Shown: positions 22,380 to 35,880 of the stretch, one piece after another
Position numbering within the stretch: position 1 is the first letter of the stretch
Layout of the letters: the number at the start of each line of letters is the position of its first letter
From: Isurus oxyrinchus
Lineage: Eukaryota
Direction: 5' to 3'
Assembly: GCA_026770705.1 (NCBI GenBank)
Contig: JANJGN010000052.1
Location: 248,001-312,000 of the forward strand
DNA: 64,000 nucleotides
The notes under the pieces: model-generated
Database searches by the model: none
Told to the model about the DNA's origin: nothing
What the model saw: the letters and a program-made list of their open reading frames with translations, nothing else
Position numbers and translations under genes: made by a program

Positions 22380-23706
22380 ACTCTCTATCTATCGCACTCT
22401 TCTGCTCTATCTCTCTCTCTCACACACACACACATTTTCTCTCTAACACTCACAATCTGTCTCTATCACATTCTTCTGCTCTATCTCTCTCTCTCACACA
22501 CACACATTCTCTCTCTAACACTCACAATCTCTCTCTATCACACTCTTCTGCTCTATCTCTCTCTCTCTCACACACACATTCTCTCTCTAACACTCACAAT
22601 CTGTCTCTATCACACTCTTCTGCTCTCTCTCTCTCTCTCACACACACACATTCTCTCACTAACACTCACAATCTCTCTCTATCACACTCCTCTGCTCTAT
22701 CTCTCTCTCACACACACACATTCTCTCTCTAACATTCACAATCTCTCTCTATCACACTCTTCTGCTCTCTCTCTCTCTCTCTCTCACACACACATTCTCG
22801 CTCTTACACTCACAAAATTTTTCTCTATCACATTCTTCTGCTCTATCTCTCTCACACACACACATTCTCTCTCTAACATTCACAATCTCTCTCTATCGCA
22901 CTCTTCTGCTCTCTATCTCTCTCTCTCTCACACACACACACATTCTCTCTCTAACACTCACAATCTCTCTCTATCGCACTCTTCTGCTCTCTATCTCTCT
23001 CTCACACACACACATTCTCTCTCTAACATTCACAATCTCTCTCTATCACACTCTTCTGCTCTATCTCTCTCTCTCTCACACACACATTCTCTCTCTAACA
23101 CTCACAATCTCTCTCTATCACACTCTTCTGCTCTATCTCTCTCTCACACACACACACATTCTCTCTCTAACACTCACAATCTCTCTCTATCACACTCCTC
23201 TGCTCTATCTCTCTCTCACACACACACATTCTCTCTCTAACATTCACAATCTCTCTCTATCACACTCTTCTGCTCTCTCTCTCTCTCTCTCTCACACACA
23301 CATTCTCGCTCTTACACTCACAAAATTTTTCTCTATCACACTCTTCTGCTCTATCTCTGTCACACACACACATTCTCTCTCTAACATTCACAATCTCTCT
23401 CTATCGCACTCTTCTGCTCTCTATCTCTCTCTCTCTCACACACACACATTCTCTCTCTAACACTCACAATCTCTCTCTATCACACTCTTCTGCTCTCTAT
23501 CTCTCTCTCACACACACACATTCTCTCTCTAACATTCACAATCTCTCTCTATCACACTCTTCTGCTCTATCTCTCTCTCTCTCACACACACATTCTCTCT
23601 CTAACACTCACAATCTCTCTCTATCACACTCTTCTGCTCTATCTCTCTCTCTCTCTCACACATTCTCTCTCTAACACTCACAATCTCTCTCTATCACACT
23701 CTTCTG

Positions 23707-23737
<31 letters not shown>

Positions 23738-23900
23738 TCTCTCTCTAACAAACACAATCTCTCTCTATCACACTCTTCTGCTCTATCTCTCTCTCACACA
23801 CACACATTCTCTCTCTCACACACACACATTCTCTCTCTCTCACACACATACATTCTCTCTCTCTCAGACACTCTCATTCTCTCTCTCTCAAACATTTACC
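22380..23900. repeat. ~60-bp composite CT/CA tandem repeat
   Basis: ctctctctatcacactcttctgctctatctctctctcacacacacacattctctctctaacactcacaat units; mirror at ~43000-43895. Confidence 0.9.
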
Positions 23901-24449
23901 ATCTCTCTCTATCTTTCTCTTCTGCTGTCTCCCTCTTTCTCACTCTCATGCACTCTCTCCCTCACACACACAGAATCTCTCACACACACACACACTCTCC
24001 CTCACACACACAGAATCTCTCTCACATACACACACAGAATCTCTCTCACACACACACAATCTCTCCCTCACACACACATCCTCCCTCACACACACACACA
24101 CTCTCCCTCACACACACATCCTCCCTCACACACACACACACTCTCTCTGATACGCACAATCTCTCCCNNNNNNNNNNNNNNNNNNNNNNNNNNNNNNNNN
24201 NNNNNNNNNNNNNNNNNNNNNNNNNNNNNNNNNNNNNNNNNNNNNNNNNNNNNNNNNNNNNNNNNNNNNNNNNNNNNNNNNNNNNNNNNNNNNNNNNGTA
24301 CACACTCTTTCTAACTCTTTTTCTCTCTCACAGACTCTCTCTGTCTCTCTCGCTCTCTCTCTCTCTCACACACACTCTCTCTAATACGGAAGGTTGTGGT
24401 TTTAAGACGTGCTCATGATTTCTGCTCAAAACCCAGGCAGATTCTCCCC

Positions 24450-24782
24450 AGTGAGGGAGTACTGAGGGTGTGCTGCACTGTCAGAGGGTCAGTACTGAGG
24501 GAGTGCTGCACTGTCAGAGGGTCAGTACTGAGGTAGTGCTGCACTGTCAGAGGGTCAGTAGTGAGGGAGTGCTGCACTGTCAGAGGGTCAGTACTGAGGG
24601 AGTGCTGCACTGTCAGAGGGTCAGTACTGAGGGAGTGCTGCACTGTCAGAGGGTCAGTACTGAGGGAGTGCTGCACTGTCAGAGGGTCAGTAGTGAGAGA
24701 GTGCTGCACTGTCAGAGGGTCAGTACTGAGGGAGTGCTGCACTGTCAGAGGGTCAGTACTGAGGGAGTGCTGCACTGTCAGA
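24450..24782. repeat. 33-bp minisatellite (further arrays 26845-27210, 32685-32930, 40150-40370, 48447-48720, 50750-51050)
   Basis: gagggagtgctgcactgtcagagggtcagtact units. Confidence 0.9.
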
Positions 24783-27416
24783 ACTGTCGTAATTCAGATG
24801 ATGTTTGAAATTAGCAACATGCCTCGTGTAACATTCTATATCATCAGCTCAATATAAATAGATTGTCCTGTACGTTTCACTTCACTGCAAATTGTTCATG
24901 GTTTCATTTCCTTGTTAACCAGGCTCGTGTGATGACTATTTTTAAATAATGTTTGTTATTTGGAACAAGGGGCCATGCCTGAACAGATAACTGTCGGATC
25001 AAGCAGCTGGGATTTTTCTTGAACCTGGCTTCATTCAGATGTTTGCTGCTGGACATGAGATCATTAATGTGTGAATGTAGAATCGGAGTCACCTCAGTGA
25101 ACAGCAGCATTGGTTGAACAGCCTGATCTGCAATAAGAACTGCTGAACACAATGTCCGTTCAGAACAGCTCGGTCCCCGATCAGAGAAACAGCCTCAGAC
25201 AGAACCAACTGACGCTGGAATCCATACAATTCATCAACGTGTTGGGAGTTAGTTTGATGTCGGAGTTGGAGTGTTACTGGGAAGGATGGAACCCGTCAGG
25301 ATGAACAGCTCGATGTACGACAAGGAAAGGATGAGCTAAGAGGGGTTGGTCACGGACAGACGGAGCGTGTGAAGACTCAACAAGCTAATGGCAGGTGAAG
25401 AGCTGGAAAGGTGTCTTTTCAACACAAGGTTTAGACACAGAACTCGATGTTTGATTGGGTATTTCAAACCAGAGAAACTCTTTACAGGGTGAATGGACCT
25501 TGTCAATAATCCATCCAGCCAACCTCGCCTGGAGATTAGTCCAATATTAGACACTAAACCGAGTCCCCCGTCTGCCTTCTCGGGCGGGTGTGAAAGATCC
25601 CACAGCCACTATTTGGAGGAAGAGCAGGGGGGAGATCTCCCCGGTGTCCTGGGACCAATATTTATCCCTCAACCAACATCACCAAAAACAGATGATCACA
25701 TTGCTGTTTGTGGGAGCTTGCTGTGCGCTAATTGGCTGCTGCGTTTCCTACATTACAATAGTAACCACACTTCGAAAAAAGGGTGAACTCAACTGTAAAG
25801 TGTTCTGGGACATCCAGAGACCATGCTGTACAGAAGAGATTTGACAGGAGCAGCAAGTGTTTTACTTACAGGAGAATGAGTCCCCAGGGTTGTAGAGTCA
25901 ATCCTGTCAGATGAATGTCTAACTGGAGACACTTCAGGGAGCTGATCTAATTCTGGAAATGTTCAGTTTACCAGGATCGGAGGAGAGATGATCTTCCTCT
26001 CCTGACTGCATCGGACACGAGGTGAACTGGCTCTGGGAGGAGGGTCAGTGTTAACCCAGTTTTTCTGTGTTTGAGGGAGATGTGAAACTGGGGAAGTCAC
26101 GTGGTTTTTTGGTGTGGTCACTCCATGTCTTTATTTGGTGCAGCACTCATTTAGTTCATGTCGTTGTTTCAATGCTACAAAACCACAGCGCATTCTGGAC
26201 TATTCCTGCCTGACCTGCTGTCAGATACACGCAGTCTGACAGAGAGGCGGAAAAGTGGTCCCTAGCAACGTGTGAAACTGTAAACTCGGCTCAGTCAGAA
26301 TGCACACGCAGACACACACACACACACACATTTTCTCTTGTTCATTCTTTTAAACACACACACTCCCTCTCAAATACACACACCCTCTCTCGCACACTCC
26401 TTCTCTCAAACACATACACCCTCTCTCTCAAACACACACACACACACACTCTCACGCACACGCTCTCTCACATACACACTCTCTCTTTCACACACACACT
26501 ATCTAACACCCACAGATTCTCTCTCTTTCTTTCTCTCTCACACATAAGCTCTCTCTCTAACACAGACATTCCCTTTCTCTCACACACACTCTCTCTCTCA
26601 CACAATTCAGCTACCTCACTCTCTCATGCACACACAATCTACCTCTCTTTTGCTCTCTCACACATTTTCTCTTTCTCTCTATCCTTCTCTCTCGCACACA
26701 TACGCACTGTCACTCTCTCACACACACATTGTCTCTCTTTCTCACACACGCACGCACTCTCTCTCTCTCTCTCTCCAAGACAGCAGGTTGGGGTTTTCAA
26801 ACCGTCTCAAGGTTTCAGCTCAAAACCCAGATGGACTCTCCCCAGTGAGGGAGTGCTGAGGGAGTGCTGCACTGTTGGAGGGTCAATATTGAGGGAGTGC
26901 TGCACTGTCAGAGGGTCAGTACTGAGGGAGTGCTGCACTGTCAGGAGGTCAGTACTGAGGGAAACCCTGCTCTTTCAAAGGGTCAGTACTGAGGCAGTGC
27001 TGAACTGTCAGAGGGTCAGTACTTAGGGAGTGCTGCACTGTCAGAGGGTCAGTACTGAGGGAGTGCTGCACTGTTGGAGGGTTAGCACTGAGGGAGTGCT
27101 GCACTTCCAGAGGGTCAATACTGAAGGAGTGCTGCACTCTCAAAGCGTCAATGCTGAGGGAGTGCTGCACTGTCAGAGGGTGGACACTGAGGGAATGCTG
27201 CTCTGTCAGACCTGCCATATTTCAGATGATGTTTGAAATTAGCAACATGCCTCATGTATAATTATATATCATCAACTCAAATTAAATAGATTATTCCTGT
27301 ACATTTCACTTTACTGTAAATTGTTTGCAGTTTCATCTCCTTAGAAGCCAGGCTTGTGTGATCACTATTTTTAAATAACGTTAATAATAAAGATGCGACA
27401 ATCCACATGCACACAT

Positions 27417-27472
<56 letters not shown>

Positions 27473-27744
27473 ATGTGTAGGCACATACATGCACATTTAC
27501 ACACAGTCATACACGTGCAAAAACCTACACAGAAACATACACACACTCAACTCACACACACACACTCACACGTGCACACACATACACATACACATGTACA
27601 CACATTCACTTATGCACAGAAATATACACAAAGACACACGCACATTTGCGCAAACACATACACACATGCACACACAGACACATGCATGCATACTCACACA
27701 AACATACTCACATATGTAGAAACACAAACACATACACATAAACA

Positions 27745-29532
27745 CGCGTGAGGTCCCTCTTCTCTCTCAGGGCTGCACTGGAGTCTCGGTGTCAGCTCCG
27801 ATTCTGTGTTGAAGGAAGGTAAACTCCAGATCAACAAGACCCTGAACTGGATGAGCAACCTCCTGAACAGAGAATTGTAGATTTACCCCTCAGTGCTCCA
27901 TCGATCAAATACAATTCATTCCCGTAAATCCCTTGGCAAAGTCCTGAGGATGTGAAAGTTTCTTTCATTCTAGGTGAACAGCACCTCTACTGGTGGGAGA
28001 ATGTAACTCCAGTTTGACTGTTTACATAGGCAGTGTCCATTATAAATTTGACAGTGGGAGTTATATGGAGGGAAGGTATCTGGAAATGCATACAGACATC
28101 AGATACAGAGAGATGATGCATGGAGTCTTGCTGTGCACGCTGCTTGCTCACATTAAACACTTGATTTGTTCTTAGATGCTCCACAGAATCTCACATTTAC
28201 TTCTCTTGAAATGATTAATGCTTCATCGATCAATATAATTGAGGGGAATTCTGCAGTGATAATCTGCTCTGTCGAGAGCTTCCCAGCTTCTAACCTGACG
28301 TGGCGACATCTTAATGTCCCAATGAACAGAACAAGTTCCAACAATGAGCTGTGGTTGGTGATTCCTCACGTTACATCCAGGGACACTAGAGACTATCAGT
28401 GTGTGGCAGAGAATGAACATGGAGCAGTGGAGGGGTTCATAACCATCACTGTGGAATGTGAGTGTACACAGACTTCAACATCTCTCACACACACACTCAC
28501 ACATGCAAAAACACTCATGTGTAGACACAAACATGCACGCTTACACACAAACATACGTTCAAACACATACACAGAAACACACACAAACTCAACTCACACA
28601 TANNNNNNNNNNNNNNNNNNNNNNNNNNNNNNNNNNNNNNNNNNNNNNNNNNNNNNNNNNNNNNNNNNNNNNNNNNNNNNNNNNNNNNNNNNNNNNNNNN
28701 NNNNNNNNNNNNNNNNNNNNNNNNNNNNNNNNNNNNNACAGACACGCGCATACACACAAATACAAACTCACGTGCAGAAGTACACACACAAGTGTGAGCT
28801 CCCTCTCCTCTCTCAGTGCTGCACTGGAGTCATGGTATCAGCTCCCATTCTGTGCTGAAGGAAGGTAAACTCCAGATCAGCAAGACCCTGAATTGGATGA
28901 GCAACCTCCTGAACAGAGAAATGTAGATTTAGCCCTCAGTGCTCCATCGATCAAATGCAATTCATTGCCTATCAAGCCCTTGGGGACATCTTGAGAGTGT
29001 TAAAGGATGTTTCTTTCATTCTAGAGGGTTAGCAACTCTACTGGTGGGAGGAAGCAACTGCAGTGTGACAGTTTACATAGGAAGTGCCCATTATAAATAT
29101 GACAGTAATTTTTCATGAGGGAAGGTACCTGGAAAAGCATTCCAACATCAGATACAGAGAGATGATGCATGGAGTCTTGCTGTGCACTATGCTTGCTCAC
29201 ATTAAAATCTTTATTTCTTTTAGACGCACCCAGAATCTCTCAATTAATTCTCTTGATATGATTAACGCTTCATCGATCAATATAATTGAGGGGAATTCTG
29301 CAGTGATAATCTGCTCTGTCGAGAGCTTCCCAGCTTCTAACCTGACGTGGCGACATCTTAATGTCCCAATGAACAGAACAAGTTCCAACAATGAGCTGTG
29401 GTTGGTGTTTCCTCACGTTACATCCAGGGACACTGGAGACTATCAGTGTGTGGCAGAGAATGAACATGGAGCAGTGGAGGGGTTCATAACCATCACTGTG
29501 GAACGTGAGTTACTGCAAACTCCAACATCACT

Positions 29533-29596
<64 letters not shown>

Positions 29597-30600
29597 CACA
29601 CAGACACACACACACACTGACAGAAACCTGTAGGCACACACATGCATAATTATCCACACACAGTCATACACATACAAGCACATACACAGGAAAATACACA
29701 CCCATCTCAAACACACACACACATTCATGCCCACACATAGACACACACATGCACAAACTCTCACTCATGGACAGACCTAGACACACAGACATGCGTGCAT
29801 GCGCACACACAGACACATGTGTGCATACACACACAAACACACTCACATGTGCAGAAACACAAACACACAGATACACACACGTGAGTTCCCTCTCCTCTCT
29901 CAGTGCCGCACTGGAGTCTTGGTATCAGCTCCGATTCTGTGTTGAAGGAAGGTAAACTCCAGATCAACAAGACCCTGAATTGGATGGAGCAACCTCCTGA
30001 ACAGAGAATTGTAGATTTACCCCTAAGTGCTCCATCAATCAAATACAATTCATTGCCTGTCCAGCCCTTTGCGAAATCCTGAGGATGTGAAAGCAAGCTT
30101 CTTTCATTCTAGATGGACAACACCTCTACTGGTGGGAGAATGCAACTGCAGTGTGACAGTTTACATAGGCAGTGTCCATTAAAAATGTGGCATAAGACGT
30201 TATCCTGAGGGAAGTTACCTGGAAATGCATTCAGACATCAGATACAGAGAGATGATGCATGGTGTCTTGCTGTGCAATAGGTTTGCTCACATTAAACACT
30301 TGATTTGTTTTTAGATGCACCACAGGATCTCTCATTTACTTCGCTTAATATGATTTACGCTTCATCAATCAATATAATTGAGGGGAATTCTGCAGTGATA
30401 ATCTGCTCTGTCGAGAGCTTCCCAGCTTCTAACCTGACGTGGCGACATCTTAATGTCCCAATGAACAGAACAAGTTCCAACAATGAGCTGTGGTTGGTGA
30501 TTCCTCACGTTACATCCAGGGACACTGGAGACTATCAGTGTGTGGCAGAGAATGAACATGGAGCAGTGGAGGGATTCATAACCATCACTGTGGAACGTGA
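27745..30600 (+). repeat. Tandem triplication (~1.05-1.1 kb unit) of an intron plus C2 exon module
   Basis: Units start gtgag.tccctct..tctctcag at ~27748, ~28794 and ~29881. Each ends in a near-identical C2 exon; CA microsatellites separate the units. Confidence 0.92.
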
Positions 30601-33600
30601 GTGTGGAGATACATTTGTTTGTTTGTTGTCTCCGTGGTCTCCGTGGAGCCATTGGGATCGTGTTGTTTTTAATCCAGTTTTCTTCAATCCTCGCTCAGTC
30701 CACGTTATCCACACACCCAATTTTTCCTCTCCCTTTCTGTTTTTGCTCTCAGTTTCTCCTTCAATGGTTGTGAGGACAAGGCTGTCAGGTCTTCGTTTCC
30801 AATCTCCATACTTGACGACCTTTCTCTCTCTAACTGTCCTGAACAACCCTTTTAATTGCTGAACTTCTCATTCTTTAATTGATAAATATTATATATAAAT
30901 GTTACATGGATTACTTTGAAATGCATCACCTGTATTCATAAATTGCTTAGAAATTACTAAACATTCAACAGCCAGTGAAGCATTATCGAAGTGAGCTCAC
31001 TGTTGTAATGTAGGAAACACAGGTACTGATTTGTGCACAGCAAGATCCCGCAAACCACCATGTGATAATGACCTGATAGTCGATTATTTCAGTGAGGTTG
31101 GTTGTTACATGTGTAGAGACTACATACCCTTTAGGGAGGGAAGCATGTCTCGATGTGGATGTGACTCCAGTCTCAGACACCAACATGGTTAACTCACACC
31201 TGCCCTCTGAACTGGTCTCCCAGTTTGGGACAAACCAGTGGTTCAGGAGGAAGACCCCCCACCACCTTCTCAAGGGGAAACTAGGGATGGACAATAAATG
31301 TCAGCATTGCCCGAGAATGAGTATTTAAACACTGAGTGAGTGTATCGCTTCTCGAGATACATCGGAGCATCATTGTAAACCTGTAGTGCAGTAATTAATG
31401 GCTGTTTTTACAGGTAGAGACTCCAGTAAATGGACAGTAGGATTGTTCACGGCTGGGATCATGTTGAGTGTTTTCCTGGCTGGAATCTTCATCTTCATCT
31501 GTGTGAGAAAGTAAGTCTGAAGATTTAACTTGATTTTAATATAAACATTTGCTTCAATGTTCTTTCCTTAAGTCGGTGATTGTTTCCCTTGGGATCAGCA
31601 CCAGGTCCCTCTCCGTAACTGGTCCCTGTGTCCACTCTGATCCGGAGAGAACCTTTCATTGTCCTGTATCCAGGTAAACAATCACGAGACCCAGAGATTC
31701 CTCACTCTGCACGATTACTCCGGGATAAGTATTTGCTTCAATGTTCTTTCCTGAAGTCGGTGATTGTTTCCCTTGTGTTAAGCGCTAGATGCCTCTCCGT
31801 AACTGGTCTCTTTTGTCCCTTACGATCCAGACAGTGTTTTTCATTGCCCGTTATCCAGATGAATAATAATCAGTTGCTGTGATCTGGAAGGTGCTGCCTG
31901 AAAGGGCGCTGGAAGCAGATTTAATAGGATCTTTCAAAAGGGGAATTGGATAAATACTTGAAGGGGGAACATTTGAAGGGCTATGGGGGGAAGAGCAGGG
32001 GTGGAGGGGGGGTCAAAGATATGGCGTGTCATTATAATGATATTATACCTTAGGCTTATTTATTGTACAAGAAACAAAGCACCAATCGCTCACAGGGATT
32101 GGGTGAGAATGTTAATGATTTGTTTATCAAGACTCGGCACGAGAACAGTTATACATATGGAGAAAGATTGAAGGCATCAGAGCTGTGAGTGTGTGTTCTG
32201 CTCAAAGCAAAAGTCAAACTAAGATTGGATCACATGACACACTTCCATTATAGTGATGTCACGCTGATATCCCTTATTGGAACTAGAGACAGTCCAGTCG
32301 TCGGTGTAAGGTTACACTGGGCTCTGTGTCTGTGCTGCACTGACTCTCTGCTATATGATAACCACAGTGTGATATTGTGTTATTGCAGGAGAAAGACAGC
32401 GATGGAGGAGAGAGTTTCAGGGACCAGTGACATTGTATTGACCCCCAGTCCACTCTCTGTGAAGCACCAGGTACAGCAGCTGTTTACACTCACTCCAAAG
32501 CTTCTATCTCAGTGTGTAGACAACACATGTCCCAGATTCCCAGCCAGGTTACCCACAGATATCTACCTGTGGAGTCAGATATGGCTCAGTAGGTAGCACT
32601 GTCTCTCGCTCCCTCCCCCTCTTCCCTCCATCACTCGCTCTTTGACCAGAAACCTGAACGCAATAATGACAAGGCACCTGATGTCAGTAGTGAGGGAGTG
32701 CTGCACTGTCCTAGGGTCTGTGCTGAGGGAGTGCTGGAGTGTCAGAAGGTCAGTACTGAGGGAGTGCTGCACTGTCGGAGGGTCAGTACTGAGGGAGTGC
32801 TGCACTGTCGGATGGTCAGTACTGAGGACAGTACTGAGTGAGTGCTGCACTGTCAAAGAGTCCATTTTCAAGGGGTGCTGCCCTCTTGAAGGGGTAGTTC
32901 CGAGGGAGTGCTGCACTGTCAGCAGAGAGCACTGAGAGAACATTGCAGTGTTCGAGGTGCCTCTTTCAGAATAGTTGTATAATGCTGACCATGTTTACCA
33001 TCTTATCTGGTCCCACGGCCACATTTCCAAGACTGTAGCAGTGTCGCCCTTCAATAAAATTCCTTCATTGGCGTGAGGTTCTTTGTGTGTCTGTGTTTGT
33101 GAATAATGGGGCACAAATCTCATGATTGGGATGGTAACATAGGACTTCAAGACTCAGGTCTGCGATTGCGAGAGAGATTACATGATAAATAGAGAGAGAA
33201 AGCAAGAGAGAGAGAGAGAAAGAGAGACAGAGAAAGAGATTGAAAAAAGGAGACAGAGAAAGAGAGTGAAAAAGAGGGTTAAACCCATTGAGACATGACT
33301 GACAGTAACGAGGCTGCAGAATAACTTAACCCTATCAGTGCCAGTAAATGATGTGAGGATGTCTTCTGTTTCTATTTCTCTGTAGGGTAAACAGAACGTG
33401 CTGATTACTGAGCCCCGGAACACAACCAGAGACACAACTAGTGAGGGGGAGACCCCAGCTCCCCGGGGTCTCTCTGAAGGTCCAGTGGGAGGCGATGCTG
33501 GACATGGGAACCCCGACAAACCCGAAGAGCTTTTCTACGCCAACATCAACTTTTCAAAGCTGCCCGGCGGTGACAGGACTGTGCACAGGAGCGAGGACAC

Positions 33601-33634
33601 GGAATACGCACAGATCAGGTTCCAGAAAAACTGA
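28176..33634 (+). CDS. 3' part of an inhibitory Siglec-like receptor; exons 28176-28457 (C2), 30315-30596 (C2), 31414-31510 (TM), 32389-32470, 33386-33634 (ITIM/ITSM-like)
   Basis: All GT-AG and phase-compatible (1,1,2,0). Uncharged TM WTVGLFTAGIMLSVFLAGIFIFICV. Tail ends ELFYANINF...EDTEYAQIRFQKN*. No leader or V exon was found nearby. Confidence 0.85.
29224..29504 (+). pseudogene. Middle C2 exon with 1-nt deletion (frameshift)
   Basis: 281 nt versus 282 nt for its siblings: acgcacc-cagaatc versus atgctccacagaatc. The spliced frame reaches TGA after about 12 codons. Confidence 0.75.
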
Positions 33635-33829
33635 GTGTGAAACAGGGAGCGGGGCTGTGGGATGTGTGCAGCCAACATGGCCAAATAGTAATGAACAGAA
33701 ATATGATGTTGCTCAACTTTTTTTTATTGGTTTTAACTGAGCTTTCTGAATGCTGCACCTTTTTCCATGCTGTAAAAGATTGTGAGAAGCTTATGAATTA
33801 TGTATAATTTTACATCTGTTAATACAAGG

Positions 33830-35880
33830 TGAGGTGAGAGTGACTGCCTTTGACATCATGGCTGCATTTGACCGAGTGTGGCATCTAGGATCCCGAGTAA
33901 AACTGGAATCAATGTGAATCAGGGGTGGTACGAAAGTATAATAATTTGCTTAATATTTTCCTGGTTTGTTGTAAACTAGGTTTATGGGTGTGAGTGTAGA
34001 TGGGTCTGTCTGTGTGGTTTAATTACATCTGGAGACAGGTAGACTGCAAGTTTGAGATTATCAAAAGAAGCTAGATGTAGAAATGTACTTGAAATGCTAA
34101 TGAGAACACATGGAGGCTGCCTCAGCATGTAAGGTGTGAAGGGGCTGTTTAGATTTCAAAGGGATGTTGGTCTGTTTAGGACAAGCCCAATAAGCAAAGC
34201 TAAGGAGTTTTTTTTTAATTTTACCCAAACTTCATTGACAATATTGGCAACATGAAAGTTTATATTATGGGAAAGGTACAGTTCCAAAGAATTTGCACAT
34301 CAAAGAGAGAGAAACATGTATAAAGGAGAATGAAAGGCTATGTTGGGGGCCATGTAAGATCTAACAGGAGTGTATGAAATAGACTTGAAGAAGCCTCCAG
34401 GCATTTGTGCATAAGTCTGTTATGTTCAGTAAATAAAGTTGGAGAAATCCATTTAGAATTCCAGTGTCAAGTGTGTGCTGTGTTAACTCGCTGGGTTTGT
34501 TTTTAATCTAAAATCTTATTTTGGACTGTTGCCTTAAACAGGCTCTGTAACTGGGAGTCAGGTTAATTAGGAATTTGAGAATATATTTTAGCTGTAACTA
34601 ACCGTGGTATTATGTCTGTGCTTGAAATCTTTTATTTTGTTAATAAATATCTTAATTGAATTTTTAAAATCTCTAAAGGTTGTGGTCAACTCATTACTCC
34701 TGAATTCAGTGCACGCTTCTTGTAATAAATACAAATTGCAAAACTATTGTGATAGCATGACCAATTTTCCCTTGTGGATTTGGAGCACCAAGCACACATC
34801 ATCTGCCATGTCATGTCACAGGGAAAACTCTCCACTCGTTGGATTCATACCAAGTACAAAGGAAGGTGGTTGTGGTTGTTGGAGGTCAGTCATCTCAGTT
34901 CCAGGACATCACTGCAGGAGTTGCTCAGTGTAGTGTCCTAGGCCCAACCATCTTCAGCTGCTTCATCAATGACATTCATTCTATCAGATGGTCAGAATTA
35001 TGGAAGGTCGCTGATGATTGCACAACGTTCAACATCATTCATGACTCATCAGATGCTGAAGCAGTCCATGTCCAAATGCAGCAAGACCTGGACAATATCC
35101 AGGCTTGGCCTGACAAGTGGCAAGTAACATTCATGCCACACAAGTGCCAGGCAATGACCATTTCCAACCAGAGAGAATATATCCATCTCCCCTTAATGTC
35201 CAATAGCATCACCATTGCTGAATCCCACACTATCAACACTCTGGGGGTTACCAATGACTAGAAACTGAACTGTACTAGCCATAGAAACACTGTGACTATA
35301 AGAGCAGGCCAGAGCCTGGGAATCCTGTGGTGAGTAACTCACCTTCTGACTCCCCAAAGCCTGTCCACCAACCTCAAGGCACAGGTCACAAGTGATGGAA
35401 TACTCTCCACTTTCCTAGGTGAGTGCAGCTCCAACAACACTCAAGAAGCTCGACACCGTCCAGGACAAAGCAGCCCCGCTTGATTTGCGCCCCGTCCACA
35501 AACATTCTCTCCCTCTACAACTGACGCACAGTGGCAGCAGTGTGTGTACCATCTACAAGATGCAATGCAGGGAGTCACCAAGCCTCCTTAGACAGCACCT
35601 TCCAAACACATGATCACTACCATCTCGAAGGACAAGGGCAGCAGACACATGGGAATACCACCACCTGGAAGTTCCCCTCCAAGTCACTCACCATCCTCAC
35701 TTGGAAATATATCACCGTTCCTTCACTGTCGCTGGGTCAGAATCCTGCAACTCCCTCCCAAACAGTTCTGTGGGTGTACATACACCACAGGGACTGCAGC
35801 AGCTCAGGAAGGCAGCTCACCCCCATATTCTCAAGGACAATTAGGGATGGGCAATAAATTCTGGCCTAGCCAGTGTCAGT
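33830..35880 (+). mobile_element. Degenerate non-LTR retrotransposon (same family as 6968-8905) downstream of the inhibitory stop codon
   Basis: DIMAAFDRVWH, GVAQCSVLGP, VADDCT, QDLDNIQAW, LDTVQDKAA and a 3' tail. Confidence 0.88.
33926..34820 (+). mobile_element. Solo-LTR-like element nested in the LINE
   Basis: LINE sequence gaatcagggg|gggaaaactctcc is split by an 895-bp TG...CA segment with several AATAAA and a G-run TSD-like overlap. Confidence 0.65.

Larger units (their letters stand above)
22380..27450. repeat. Left inner arm of inverted duplication (pairs with ~39890-43895)
   Basis: 25150-26290 is the reverse complement of 41276-42420, and 27210-27420 of 39930-40150. The CT/CA tandem array is mirrored. 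Confidence 0.9.

Noticed and set aside
24450-24782. CRISPR-like regular repeats
   Set aside because: Head-to-tail units with no unique spacers, in a eukaryotic context with no cas genes.
31545-31870. ~185-bp tandem duplication in the TM intron (and a ~205-bp one at 9635-9970) as extra exons
   Set aside because: No consistent splice sites or recognisable protein; treated as ordinary local duplications.
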